Below, piece after piece: positions 36,162-46,281 of a stretch of DNA of 64,000 nucleotides. Numbering within the stretch: position 1 is the first letter of the stretch; each line of letters begins with the position of its first letter. The stretch lies in NCBI GenBank assembly GCA_016188545.1, contig JACPHO010000001.1, positions 175,336 to 239,335 of the forward strand, in the 5' to 3' direction. This DNA is from Candidatus Shapirobacteria bacterium. GTDB taxonomy: Bacteria > Patescibacteriota > Microgenomatia > UBA12405. Position numbers and translations under genes: made by a program. The notes beneath the pieces are model-generated. The model saw only the letters and a program-made list of their open reading frames with translations. It did not search any database and was not told the origin of the DNA.

Positions 36162-36680
36162 ATGAAAAGATATATTGCTCTAATAGTCGTCCTTGCTCTG
36201 GGAGTTGGCTACTTTGTCTCCCGCAAAACTTTTGCTCCCCAAACTGTAGTCAAGGAACCCATTAAAATTGAGGAGCTTTTAAAAATGCCCTCCGGTTGGT
36301 CTCAAGTCGACGACAAAGATGTTAACTTAAAATTCGAGAAAAAAGTCGACAAAGGTCTAAAACCCCAAATCGTTCTGAAAGTAACTCAGTCAGTTGAAGC
36401 TAGTGCTCCCGCCAAATACACCGATCGGTTACTCGCCGGTGCCAAAAGTGCCGTCCCTTCCCTTCGTCTAACCGGGGATATGAGAAATTCACTTGAAAAA
36501 TACTATTCTGCCTTTGTTACTGCGACTTATGTCAACAAAGGCCAGAAGATAAACCTTATCCAAAGGATTTATATTAAGGAAAACACCGTCAATACCTTAA
36601 CGGCTTCTTATACCGGAGACCTCGCAGTTGAAATAAACCAAATTCTCGACAATTTGGTTAAAGAAAAGATCTCACTTTAA
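36162..36680 (+). CDS. Membrane-anchored hypothetical protein (PsbP/DcrB-like)
   Basis: N-terminal TM, P.GW motif. Confidence 0.6.
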   Translation: MKRYIALIVVLALGVGYFVSRKTFAPQTVVKEPIKIEELLKMPSGWSQVDDKDVNLKFEKKVDKGLKPQIVLKVTQSVEASAPAKYTDRLLAGAKSAVPSLRLTGDMRNSLEKYYSAFVTATYVNKGQKINLIQRIYIKENTVNTLTASYTGDLAVEINQILDNLVKEKISL

Positions 36681-36707
36681 CCTTTTTCTGAACCAACCAA
36701 TGGGGGA

Positions 36708-37853
36708 TTAGTAACCGTAAATTAGATCAATCTTATTTTTATACAAATCCTGGAGAAATCCGAGTAGTACTGATTTATTTTTTGAATTCTGGTTGTTTAC
36801 GGTTCCAAAATAATCCCAATCGGCGCCTTTGTATTCCACTAATGTCGGACTCCCCAAAACTATTGAGAGTTTTGCCTCACCCACTTTGTAAGTTTTTATA
36901 ATGTCCAATGTCTCGTCTAATATTGTTGCCCTAGTATCTGCTGGCATCAACACCACTTTCTCCTTATCATCAGCATTGAGAGCAGAAAATGTATTAGTAC
37001 TGACAATAACTTTTTTCGGCTCCGCTAACACTATTAGTTCTTCGATCAAAAACTTGGGAAGATACTCTGCTGGACTAATTACCATTGCCCCGGTCGTTCC
37101 TACAGATGGTATCGAGGGGTAGCCTTCAATTCCGACTATATTAATTTTCCCTTTTGGAACATCAACCACATACGGAGTTAGAGTCCGATAGTCCCGATTA
37201 CTCCAGTCAACCGGATGCTCTTGGTATGACGAAGAGTTAAACAATACCCCCACATCACTTTCCGGGAATATTTTAACTATGTTCTCATGAATTACCAGAT
37301 AATATTTTGTGAAATCGGTTGGAGCAATATACTTTCTAGTCCAATTTGGCAAATTTGCTTGGGGTATAACTACCCATCCGTAAACATCATCCGATTTGAC
37401 CCCGCTTTGGTTAAGTGTCGTTAAGAAGTCCAAAATATATGTGTTGTAACCACCTTTAGCCAGATTGGTGAAAAAGCTATCATCCCAAGTCGAACTTGCT
37501 TCAAGATATATCAATGGAATCAGTCCCTTGTCTCTAATTTCCAATATGGATTTAGACACTGTCGACGCCTGAATCATCGCTAATTCTTTGGTTGTCGGAA
37601 TGTTTACTCTGATAATGACTTTGTTCGAAATGCTGCTTCCACACATCCCCTCAAGTTCACCTAACTTCCTGACACTCTCTTTTTCCGATTCTAAGAACAA
37701 ATAATTTCTTGAAGCATCCTCTCCACACTTACCGATGCTGTCCTCTGTTGTCAGTGAAGCATAATTATTTTCCGCCTCTGTCTCGACCGATTTCCACACC
37801 AAAACCCCCATTCCTACTATAAGCACAAAAGTTAAAATCAACATTTTTTTCAT
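36708..37853 (-). CDS. Putative glycoside hydrolase-like (TIM barrel, GH26-like) exported protein
   Basis: N-terminal anchor; P.ANLP.W, VGIEGYP; last gene of the GT2 operon. Confidence 0.5.
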   Translation of the reverse strand: MKKMLILTFVLIVGMGVLVWKSVETEAENNYASLTTEDSIGKCGEDASRNYLFLESEKESVRKLGELEGMCGSSISNKVIIRVNIPTTKELAMIQASTVSKSILEIRDKGLIPLIYLEASSTWDDSFFTNLAKGGYNTYILDFLTTLNQSGVKSDDVYGWVVIPQANLPNWTRKYIAPTDFTKYYLVIHENIVKIFPESDVGVLFNSSSYQEHPVDWSNRDYRTLTPYVVDVPKGKINIVGIEGYPSIPSVGTTGAMVISPAEYLPKFLIEELIVLAEPKKVIVSTNTFSALNADDKEKVVLMPADTRATILDETLDIIKTYKVGEAKLSIVLGSPTLVEYKGADWDYFGTVNNQNSKNKSVLLGFLQDLYKNKIDLIYGY

Positions 37854-39145
37854 GCTACATTACCTCCATCCAGCACCCCTTTTCTTGCCCAACTTTGCCA
37901 GGTAATTTCTTGGTTGAGATACATCATTTCGATGCTTCTCAAAAGTGCCAAGAACTCCACCACGGCCAATATATAAAACATAAACCAAGTAAAAGGAAAT
38001 AGAATTATATTCAACTTATTTGTTTGGTGGTCACCGAACACAAAAGCCGATAAGTAGGTTATAAAAATGAATAACGAGCTCAGTCCAACCGACAAATAGT
38101 CACCGGAAACGATAGTATAAGTCCAAATTGCTGTGAAGAAAAAAGGTTCACCCAACATCTGAATCTCACCCACCATGGCGTAAGGTAGAACCAGCCAAGA
38201 CATAAACTTACTGTGTTTTTTATCTCTTGAGAAAAATAGAGTTCGGTATTTCAGAAAAGTATCGAGTCGGCCTTTCTTCCATCTTAACCTTTGTTTATAT
38301 AATCCGACAAAATCACTGGCTCCTTCCGTATAAGTATAAACATCTTCGGCATATACTGACTTGAGACCGGCCTGTTTAACTCTCATGCTGTATTCAATAT
38401 CTTCAGTTTTGTTTTCGGTGTCAAAATACCCCAGTTTGTCAAATGTGGTTTTTTTTCTAAAAGCAGCACAAGCACCACCAAAAATATATTCGGCATCAAA
38501 TACCGAATTGACTCGCTTAAAATAAAATCCAAATATATATTCAAACTGTTGTATTAACCCCACTAGGTTTCGGACATTTCTCACCTTCACATTTCCCACC
38601 ACTGCTTGAACAGTTCCGTCGTGGAAGTAGGTCACTAGATTTTTTATTGTCAGGGGATGATGAGCCGAGTCTGCATCCATGGTCAGGATAATTTCGCCCT
38701 TAGCTTTTTTAATCCCATAGTTTAAGGCAGCTCCTTTACCCCCATTTTTCTTGAAAAAATATCTTACGATACTCTTGCCCGGACCCTTATCGGTTTTGTC
38801 CTTTAAGAATCCCTTCACCAGTTCGTCTGTTTTATCTGTCGAACCATCATTAATTACCACAACTTCAAAGTTCTTATAAGTATTTGTTAGTACTGAACGG
38901 ATAGTCGTTAATATACCCACTTCCTCATTCCAAGCGGGAATTATTATCGATACCAAAGGCTCATAATTCTCGGGTAGCTCTCCTTTTTTAATCGCTCGTT
39001 TCAGTCGTAACAGATTTAATTGTTTCTGAATATCATATAAAGGAGCAATCACCAGATATACAAAATATTTCACCAATACCAGCAAGGCCAATAAGGTGAT
39101 AATTGACCTCATGTTACTAAAGATAACCAGATAGTTTACGTTCAT
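37850..39145 (-). CDS. Processive GT2 glycosyltransferase (PgaC/IcaA/cellulose synthase-like)
   Basis: PAWNE, DGSTD, KGAALN, DADS, TED, QRLRW; TM segments. Confidence 0.92.
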   Translation of the reverse strand: MNVNYLVIFSNMRSIITLLALLVLVKYFVYLVIAPLYDIQKQLNLLRLKRAIKKGELPENYEPLVSIIIPAWNEEVGILTTIRSVLTNTYKNFEVVVINDGSTDKTDELVKGFLKDKTDKGPGKSIVRYFFKKNGGKGAALNYGIKKAKGEIILTMDADSAHHPLTIKNLVTYFHDGTVQAVVGNVKVRNVRNLVGLIQQFEYIFGFYFKRVNSVFDAEYIFGGACAAFRKKTTFDKLGYFDTENKTEDIEYSMRVKQAGLKSVYAEDVYTYTEGASDFVGLYKQRLRWKKGRLDTFLKYRTLFFSRDKKHSKFMSWLVLPYAMVGEIQMLGEPFFFTAIWTYTIVSGDYLSVGLSSLFIFITYLSAFVFGDHQTNKLNIILFPFTWFMFYILAVVEFLALLRSIEMMYLNQEITWQSWARKGVLDGGNVA

Positions 39146-39747
39146 ATGACTTCCTCAACACTTTCATAAACAGCCGTAATCACCATGCCTTTTCCAGCTG
39201 ATTTTTTCAGAGACTCAACTATAAAGACTTTGGTTTTAACATCAGGTGTTTGCATAGTATATGGAGCATCTTCCACCATTTTTTGTCTAACTCTAAAGGA
39301 GTACAAATACCCCTTATCAGTTTCGATAGAAAACCTATCTCCCTCATTCAAAGTATTTACGATACCAAATAAAGAAAAATTAGGACTGGCAAAAATCAGG
39401 GAATCTCCAAACATACCGGATTTACTCTCATCCAGTGTTATTAGATATGCCTTGGAACTGGACAGCTTCCATCGATTACCTACGCTAATAGGTTCGTCGA
39501 GATTCAAATTTATTCCCAGTTTTGGTATTCGTAGATTAGTTGGTCTGCCCAGTATTCCATAGCGATTGATCTTGGCAGTCGAGTAACCATCATTTAAATT
39601 AATCGGTGTCTCGACAGTTTGTACAGAGTCAAAGTATGGCAAATCTACAAAAAAAGCTTTTTCCAATACATTGGCATATAGAAAAAATGACAGTAGAAAA
39701 TTGAGAGTTATAAAAGACATAACAGAAATATTGGCAATGTGTTTCAT
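39142..39747 (-). CDS. Sortase-fold protein lacking catalytic residues
   Basis: P..LRIPKLGI, F..V..L..GD, Y.F.V; no His or TC motif. Confidence 0.6.
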   Translation of the reverse strand: MKHIANISVMSFITLNFLLSFFLYANVLEKAFFVDLPYFDSVQTVETPINLNDGYSTAKINRYGILGRPTNLRIPKLGINLNLDEPISVGNRWKLSSSKAYLITLDESKSGMFGDSLIFASPNFSLFGIVNTLNEGDRFSIETDKGYLYSFRVRQKMVEDAPYTMQTPDVKTKVFIVESLKKSAGKGMVITAVYESVEEVI

Positions 39748-39944
39748 ACTAGAAATTTACGGGTTATTTTTAAGCAAAAAGTTATTATTCCGGACATAAA
39801 ATTAGATAAAAAAATAGCCACCAAAAATCCAAGGAAAATGATTGTCAAAAAGTAATAGCCCTCGCTTTTTAAATTAGCGACTACATGGTTGCGGTTTATA
39901 TAAGTTAAGGACTCTGTAAATATTTGGCTTATTGCATTAATCAT
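39744..39944 (-). CDS. Small membrane protein
   Basis: Single TM; translationally coupled within the operon. Confidence 0.55.
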   Translation of the reverse strand: MINAISQIFTESLTYINRNHVVANLKSEGYYFLTIIFLGFLVAIFLSNFMSGIITFCLKITRKFLV

Positions 39945-39945
39945 A

Positions 39946-40995
39946 TTATTCAAACCAAGGGTTTCCACCCAAGTGCCAAATTGATATGTTTTTCACACCC
40001 AGCGACTTTATAAAGTTAATTTTTTTAGAAAGACCTTCCTCCTTCTGAGTAACATAAAATTTACCCTTGTCTTGCCATGAATATTCAAAAGATTTTTTAG
40101 ATATGCTAGCCTTTTCGTATCCGGGATATTTCATTGATTGTTCTTGAGTGTCAAGAATAATCTGGCCTTTATCGTTGAAGTGATAACCATATGCTGGAAC
40201 ACCAACGACCAACTTTTTTGGATCAACTTGGCTCATTATGTATTTAACATTTTTCTCAACCCAATCATTTGGGGCTACATACGAATTCTTTTCCCCGTCG
40301 TATTGATAGTCGTAAGCCATAACCAGTAAAAAGTTAACCGGTAGTTTGTCAAAGTCAGCGTAGTTCCAAGGATAGTTAAGTTGAGTTTCCGCTGTTATCG
40401 GTGGTCCATCCAGCATCAACAATTTCCCCTTATCCCTTACAGTTGTGCCCAAATCCGTCACAAACTTTTTATAGTTTGCATAATCCACTTTTGTCCAACT
40501 ACTAAAATCTTCAAAATCCACCTCTATCCCAGACAATCCTTGTGTTTCTATAAATTCGACCAAAGTATCGATCACCTTTTTAACCTTTTTCTCATCAGCG
40601 AAAAGTACTCTCATATCTATATGGTTAGCCGAAATAACGACGTATTGTTGTTTAGAGTACTTCTTTATTAAGTTTATGTTTTCCTTCGAATATCCATTAC
40701 ATCCATGCTCATTTTCTGTCAAAAGCGTAACTTCTCCTGTTTCATTAATATCAAAATATTCTGATTTCAACACATCGATCTCTCGTCCATCGGCAATTTC
40801 TTTCATGGCATTGCACGATGGTGAACCGGGATAAATCCAAGCTTGAATTGTTACCTCGTTTTCTTTAGCTTCGTCAACTTCGTTACCTTTATTATTTAGC
40901 GCTGAAGTATCCTCCACTTTTACCGGCACCAGAAGTTTTCCTGTTACGACCACCAACACCGCCAAAAATAGATATAGCACCCATCTTAATTTCAT
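39946..40995 (-). CDS. Glycoside hydrolase family 18 protein
   Basis: GIEVDFE, VMAYD, KLVVGVPAYG, ISIWHLG. Confidence 0.88.
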   Translation of the reverse strand: MKLRWVLYLFLAVLVVVTGKLLVPVKVEDTSALNNKGNEVDEAKENEVTIQAWIYPGSPSCNAMKEIADGREIDVLKSEYFDINETGEVTLLTENEHGCNGYSKENINLIKKYSKQQYVVISANHIDMRVLFADEKKVKKVIDTLVEFIETQGLSGIEVDFEDFSSWTKVDYANYKKFVTDLGTTVRDKGKLLMLDGPPITAETQLNYPWNYADFDKLPVNFLLVMAYDYQYDGEKNSYVAPNDWVEKNVKYIMSQVDPKKLVVGVPAYGYHFNDKGQIILDTQEQSMKYPGYEKASISKKSFEYSWQDKGKFYVTQKEEGLSKKINFIKSLGVKNISIWHLGGNPWFE

Positions 40996-41117
40996 TTTTC
41001 GTTAAAGCAGTTATATTTTGAAGATAGATCACAGAAATATTGTATTATTGTATGATAACTCATACTATAAAGCTAGGAGTTTATTTTGAATTGGCTATGT
41101 ACCTTGTGCGTATCAGA

Positions 41118-41702
41118 TTAACCCAGTGCTTTTTCGAACTCGTTCCAATTAACTAGCTGCCACCACTGTTTCACATATTCAGCCCGATTGTTCAAGTATT
41201 GTAGATAGTAAGCATGCTCCCAGACGTCCAAAGCCAGAATCGGCAGGCAACCGTTAAGGGCTAATAGATTATGCTTTTCAAGTTGTCCGGTCATGAGACC
41301 ACCTGGGGTGTTGTAGACAACAGCCCATCCCGAACCTTCAACCTGAGACGCAGCTGCACTAAACTCTTTTTGAAATGCATCAAAACTGCCGTAGTCTCGG
41401 TTAATTACTACAAGTGCCTTCTCTGTCGGTAGGTTATTATCAGTTGGGGCACGCATTACTTTCCAAAATATATCGTGCATCATTGCCCCATTGGCGTTGA
41501 AACTCAGATCTCTCATAACCTCGCGGGTGTTTATCTCGATCTCGCCAGCTCTGGCTTTCTCGAGCTTTTCTAAAGCCGCATTGGCACCAGCAACATAGGC
41601 GGCATGGTGTTTGTCATGATGCAGCTCCATGATTTGCTTGCTGATTACTGGCTCAAGTGCTTCGTAAGCGTAGGGGAGTGGGTTTAGGGTGAATTTACTC
41701 AT
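41118..41702 (-). CDS. sod: Fe/Mn superoxide dismutase
   Basis: LPYAYEALEP, HHDKHH, GSGW, DVWEHAYY. Confidence 0.96.
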   Translation of the reverse strand: MSKFTLNPLPYAYEALEPVISKQIMELHHDKHHAAYVAGANAALEKLEKARAGEIEINTREVMRDLSFNANGAMMHDIFWKVMRAPTDNNLPTEKALVVINRDYGSFDAFQKEFSAAASQVEGSGWAVVYNTPGGLMTGQLEKHNLLALNGCLPILALDVWEHAYYLQYLNNRAEYVKQWWQLVNWNEFEKALG

Positions 41703-41784
41703 ATTTAAATAATTATATATCAATAACTAATACTGTTATAGTAGGAGTTTCGTCCAATGTCAATGGTGATAAAATATACTAAAT

Positions 41785-42474
41785 ATGAAAAGAGCAATTG
41801 TTGTTTTGTTTTTTTGTTTCATTGTTTTACTTTTACTTCCACTATCAGCATATCTATTCATATTTGCCAGTCCTCCCCGTGACCTAGGAGTTAGATATAG
41901 TGAGTCAGATAGAATTTCTGCATATACTAACAACGGTGTCGAATCGGAAGCAATTTCCCCAACTGCTAAAAATAAATCAGGCATAAGCTATGAGGGCAAA
42001 AAGGAAACAAAAACTTCGTTTACCTCCCAGGAAATTACAGCATTAAACAACTCGGTAAAATGGATCAATTATCCAATTTCCAATCTTCAGATAAAAATTA
42101 ATCAGGACGGAACGGGGGAGGTGTCAGGTTCTTTAGATATCCGTAAAATTTTGACTTGGGTTTCTTTCACTCACCCAATTGAAGAAATAGAATCAAAAAT
42201 TAAGCAATACAATATTGGTTTTACCCCTGCTATCTACCTAAAAGGTGGAGTAAAGGTTATTAATAACAAAGTAAGTCTTACTCCTCAAACCATCGAAGTT
42301 GGTAGAATCACTATTCCAAAAAACATCGTTAGTGAAAACATCCCTGCAGTCGAAAAATTTGTCCAAGAACGAATATTATCGGTACCAAACCTTAGTATTC
42401 GCTCACTCAACCTCGATGGTGGAAAAGTAAATTTTGATGCCACTGTCCCAGAAAAAGAATTAACAGTACAATAG
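41785..42474 (+). CDS. Membrane-anchored hypothetical protein
   Basis: N-terminal TM, P.DLGV motif. Confidence 0.65.
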   Translation: MKRAIVVLFFCFIVLLLLPLSAYLFIFASPPRDLGVRYSESDRISAYTNNGVESEAISPTAKNKSGISYEGKKETKTSFTSQEITALNNSVKWINYPISNLQIKINQDGTGEVSGSLDIRKILTWVSFTHPIEEIESKIKQYNIGFTPAIYLKGGVKVINNKVSLTPQTIEVGRITIPKNIVSENIPAVEKFVQERILSVPNLSIRSLNLDGGKVNFDATVPEKELTVQ

Positions 42475-42478
42475 TAAA

Positions 42479-43051
42479 ATGGTCAGACGTATCGAAAAAA
42501 ACGAGGGTGGTTTAAAGCTTGACGGTATATTTTTTCAAATTAAACCAGTTGAAGATGTTACTACAAGCCCTGAATATACTATTCATGTTTTTAAGTTCAC
42601 TGATACTGCAAAAGCAGTTGAATCAGATGGTTGTGAGTTCGAAATTCAACCTCATTGCTCCACCACACCCATGACAACTACAAGTAAAGACTATAGTTGT
42701 GACCGCATAGCCGTGGGAGAAAAAGGATACTTCCTCGGACTAAGTCCGGAGGGGGATGTCGTCTGCTATGAAATCGGCTCTCATTTAGGTGACAAAAACC
42801 CACTCATACCATTAGAGCTTGGTTGGACCGACTGCTTCATAGCTGGAGATAAAGTCAATAACGTTGTTGATGTTAGTACGCCTCCATTTGACCCTAAAAA
42901 TGAAACTGAAGTGAAAGTAAATGCAGCCGTTGACGCTCTTGGGAAACCGATTCCGGAAAAGTTTTGGCATTATTATCACACGCTTAGAAGTGGTAATAAA
43001 GCAGAAGTAGCCCAATTAGAAATTACCTATCCAAACGAGACAATCAAGTGA
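42479..43051 (+). CDS. Hypothetical protein (possible cupin-like fold)
   Basis: 190-aa ORF in operon; beta-rich, PPF motif. Confidence 0.55.
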   Translation: MVRRIEKNEGGLKLDGIFFQIKPVEDVTTSPEYTIHVFKFTDTAKAVESDGCEFEIQPHCSTTPMTTTSKDYSCDRIAVGEKGYFLGLSPEGDVVCYEIGSHLGDKNPLIPLELGWTDCFIAGDKVNNVVDVSTPPFDPKNETEVKVNAAVDALGKPIPEKFWHYYHTLRSGNKAEVAQLEITYPNETIK

Positions 43052-43695
43052 AAAAAATAATTCCACTCTTTATTTTAGTACTTAGCTTTGTGTTGGCAAT
43101 CATTGCTATTCCCTATATGCCGTTATTGATGGCTTCTCATTGGGGGATTGGCGGCGAAGTTGATGGCTATATGCCCAGAATGACCGCCTTATTTTTGATG
43201 CCATTCATATCTCTTGCTATGTATATTCTATTTCTTTTTCTACCCAAACTTGAACCATATCAAGAAAATTTCAAGCAGTTTGAGGGACATTACGATAACT
43301 TTATGATCGTTATTTTTTCGTTCATGTTTTATATGTACCTCCTGACGTTAGCTTGGAACTATGGACTTGTTTTTAACTTAATCCAATTGATGTCTCCTGG
43401 TTTATCAGTATTGTTTTTTTATACCGCCAGTCTTCTTGAAAACACTAAAATGAATTGGTTTGTCGGAATCAGAACACCCTGGACTATGTCTGATCCGACA
43501 GTTTGGAAAAAGACCCACAAACTAGGGGCATCGCTTTTCAAAATAGTTTCGTTACTAACTCTTACTGGGATGATTTTCCCCTCAGTCACTTTTTATACCT
43601 TTTTTATCCCTTTAATCTTCTCTGTGGTCATCATTTACTTCTATTCCTATTGGCAATATCGCAAAATTAACCGAGGACTACATTCACATCATTGA
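43048..43695 (+). CDS. SdpI family immunity-like membrane protein (DUF1648)
   Basis: HW...G.VDG, NWFVGIRTPWT, VWKKTH. Confidence 0.9.
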   Translation: MKKIIPLFILVLSFVLAIIAIPYMPLLMASHWGIGGEVDGYMPRMTALFLMPFISLAMYILFLFLPKLEPYQENFKQFEGHYDNFMIVIFSFMFYMYLLTLAWNYGLVFNLIQLMSPGLSVLFFYTASLLENTKMNWFVGIRTPWTMSDPTVWKKTHKLGASLFKIVSLLTLTGMIFPSVTFYTFFIPLIFSVVIIYFYSYWQYRKINRGLHSHH

Positions 43696-43708
43696 GGTAT
43701 AATATCTC

Positions 43709-44467
43709 GTGGTAATCATCAAATCTCCCCCACAAATCGAGGGAATCAAAAAATCATCCGTTCTTGCCGCCCAAACCTTAGAGTATGTCGCCTCTTTCGT
43801 GAAAGAGGGTGTTTCTACTGCATTTTTAGACCAAAAGGCAGTTGAGTTTATCTCCAAAAACGGCGCTATCGCGGCCCCACTTAACTACAACGGATTTCCC
43901 AAAAGTATCTGCACTTCCGTTAATAACGTCGTTTGCCATGGAATCCCCTCCGAGAAGGACGTCCTAAAAGCAGGTGATATTATCAACATCGATGTAACCA
44001 CCATCCTCAATGGTTATTACGGTGACACCTCAGCCACTTATCCAGTCGGTGAAATAAGTCCTCATGCCAAACAACTTATTAAAGCCACCAGAGACTCCAT
44101 GTATTTGGCAATTGATGCCCTAAAACCAGGTAAGTCTCTGAATGCCTCAGTTGGGCAAGTCATCGAAAAGTATGTCAATCAGTTTGGCTTCATTCCCGTA
44201 CGCGAACTCGGCGGTCATGGCGTAGGCATTCATTTTCATGAGGATCCATTTGTTTTCCACTTCACCACTCCATCTCACGATACCATCCTTAAACCAGGAA
44301 TGATTTTTACAGTCGAACCCATGATTAATGCCAGCAAAAATTGGCAGGTGACTCTAGATGAATCAGACGGCTGGACTATTCGAACTGCTGACGGTTCACT
44401 CTCCGCTCAATTTGAACATACCATTCTTATCACCGAAATCGGGTCGGAAATATTAACTCAAATATAA
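43709..44467 (+). CDS. map: Methionine aminopeptidase type I
   Basis: CTSVN.VVCHGIP, GDTS, GHGVG..FHE, EPMIN, AQFEHT. Confidence 0.96.
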   Translation: MVIIKSPPQIEGIKKSSVLAAQTLEYVASFVKEGVSTAFLDQKAVEFISKNGAIAAPLNYNGFPKSICTSVNNVVCHGIPSEKDVLKAGDIINIDVTTILNGYYGDTSATYPVGEISPHAKQLIKATRDSMYLAIDALKPGKSLNASVGQVIEKYVNQFGFIPVRELGGHGVGIHFHEDPFVFHFTTPSHDTILKPGMIFTVEPMINASKNWQVTLDESDGWTIRTADGSLSAQFEHTILITEIGSEILTQI

Positions 44468-45039
44468 TGACAATCATTGTTGCCACATTTGTTTTTATTG
44501 CCTGGACGGTTTATCGACTGATTTCTAAAGAAAACATCTTACTAGAAGATATTTTCTTAAAACCATTTATCTGGCTTTTACCAATTTACATAGTCAATGG
44601 CCACCGTGATTTAGGACTTGGTAAAAAACATTTGACAAGACACATATTGATCGGACTTGCAGCAGGACTAATACTCTCTCTCGAACGCCTTTTCGTTAAC
44701 CATCCAACCTTAAATTTTTCATACCTTGCTATTGTTTCTGCATTCTTTACTGCCATTACTGAAGAAATATTTTTTAGAGGGTATCTTCTTAATCGTTGGC
44801 TAAAAAATTTTCAAAAACCAATTTTTCCTCTCGTTCTTAACGGATTATTTTTCACACTGACTCATATTCCAGTGGCTATTTTTGTTTATCACTATAGTGG
44901 TAATGGGTTGGCAGTCTATCTACTAACCAACTTTATTAGCGGCTTCGTTGATGTTTACTTATTTTATTTAACCAGATCTGCTTACACTTCTATGGCAAAT
45001 CACTTTGTTTGGAACTTATTCTCTGGAATCTTTAGATAA
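44467..45039 (+). CDS. CPBP (Abi/CAAX) intramembrane metalloprotease
   Basis: EEIFFRG, F...H, H...N. Confidence 0.88.
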   Translation: MTIIVATFVFIAWTVYRLISKENILLEDIFLKPFIWLLPIYIVNGHRDLGLGKKHLTRHILIGLAAGLILSLERLFVNHPTLNFSYLAIVSAFFTAITEEIFFRGYLLNRWLKNFQKPIFPLVLNGLFFTLTHIPVAIFVYHYSGNGLAVYLLTNFISGFVDVYLFYLTRSAYTSMANHFVWNLFSGIFR

Positions 45040-45041
45040 TT

Positions 45042-45800
45042 ATGACAATCTTAGACGGTCGAACACTTGCGCAAGAAATAATCAATTCTCTAAAAACTAA
45101 AGATCTGTCAGCACTTTCACTCCATATCATTTTGGTGGGTGACGACTCAAACAGTCAAAAATATATTGATCTCAAACAAAAGAGGTGTCATGAAATAGGC
45201 TTAAGTTGTGTGATTCACCGGTTTCCGTCAGATATCAAAGAGAACATAATCACCAGCCTAACCCAAGAATTAAATACCGACAGTACTGTCTCGGGCTACT
45301 TCATACAGTTACCAATGCCAGCTTCTATAAACAAAAATCAGGTTATCTCAACTATTAGTCCTAAAAAAGATGTTGATGGTTTGACTCCCAACTCCAAATT
45401 CATTCCAGCAGTCGTCAGGGGAGTAATGTCCCTAATCTCAGCCTATCCAATCGTCCTTGCGGGAAAAAACGCGGTAATAATTAATGACTCAAAGTTGATC
45501 GGAATTCCGCTAAAAAATATTCTGGAAAAAGAAAATTGTCATGTGCAAATTTGCAACAAATTCACCGAAAATATTCAAAAAATCAGCAGGGGAGCCGACT
45601 TTCTTTTTTCAGCCACCGGGGTAAAAGGTTTGGTTACTCGTGACTATATCAAACCAGGTGCTATAGTCGTAGATATTGGTGGAGGTGATGTTGATTTTGC
45701 CAATGTGTCCGACATCTGCAGTTATATAACCCCAACAGTTGGTGGGGTTGGTCCTATGACTATTGCATCGCTTTTACAAAATTTGGTAGACAAAACCTAG
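45042..45800 (+). CDS. folD: Methylenetetrahydrofolate dehydrogenase/cyclohydrolase
   Basis: Y...K, IQLP, KDVDG, TP..GGVGPMT. Confidence 0.92.
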   Translation: MTILDGRTLAQEIINSLKTKDLSALSLHIILVGDDSNSQKYIDLKQKRCHEIGLSCVIHRFPSDIKENIITSLTQELNTDSTVSGYFIQLPMPASINKNQVISTISPKKDVDGLTPNSKFIPAVVRGVMSLISAYPIVLAGKNAVIINDSKLIGIPLKNILEKENCHVQICNKFTENIQKISRGADFLFSATGVKGLVTRDYIKPGAIVVDIGGGDVDFANVSDICSYITPTVGGVGPMTIASLLQNLVDKT

Positions 45801-45823
45801 ACTAGTTATATAATCAGTCAATA

Positions 45824-46021
45824 ATGGCAGTTATAAGCAATCATCTAATCGAGACTGAAGAACATAATCGAGTGACTGGAAATTCAACTATCCAACTAGC
45901 TATTACTGACATCTTGGTACGGAATGGTCAAAGAGCCTCACTTCCCGAAACGGAGGCTAGAAAAGCATTAATTACAGATTTAAGGCAATTAGTTACAATT
46001 ACTGCAGAAATTAAAAAATAA
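45824..46021 (+). CDS. Hypothetical protein
   Basis: TATAAT just upstream; coupled to the next gene. Confidence 0.45.
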   Translation: MAVISNHLIETEEHNRVTGNSTIQLAITDILVRNGQRASLPETEARKALITDLRQLVTITAEIKK

Positions 46022-46022
46022 T

Positions 46023-46265
46023 ATGCGAATTCAACTCTACGATCGTGGTTTGCCACAGGGCAAAAAACTTTTTAGTGATATCGAATCTGTCTGTAAGCGA
46101 CTCCAAATTGATTTTGACCCCGAATACATTAAGGATATGAATCGTGTTTATTCCATGGGTTATCAGGGAAATACTGTTCTTTTAATAAACGGTGAAGTGG
46201 CTTTTATCGATAAATATCCTTCAAGTAAAGAACTGGAGAATATTATTTCTGACTATTTAAAGTAA
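46023..46265 (+). CDS. Thioredoxin-like protein (MTH895-like) lacking CxxC
   Basis: I.D......G......LLINGEV.....PS..EL pattern. Confidence 0.65.
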   Translation: MRIQLYDRGLPQGKKLFSDIESVCKRLQIDFDPEYIKDMNRVYSMGYQGNTVLLINGEVAFIDKYPSSKELENIISDYLK

Positions 46266-46281
46266 AAAATATTAATATTTT

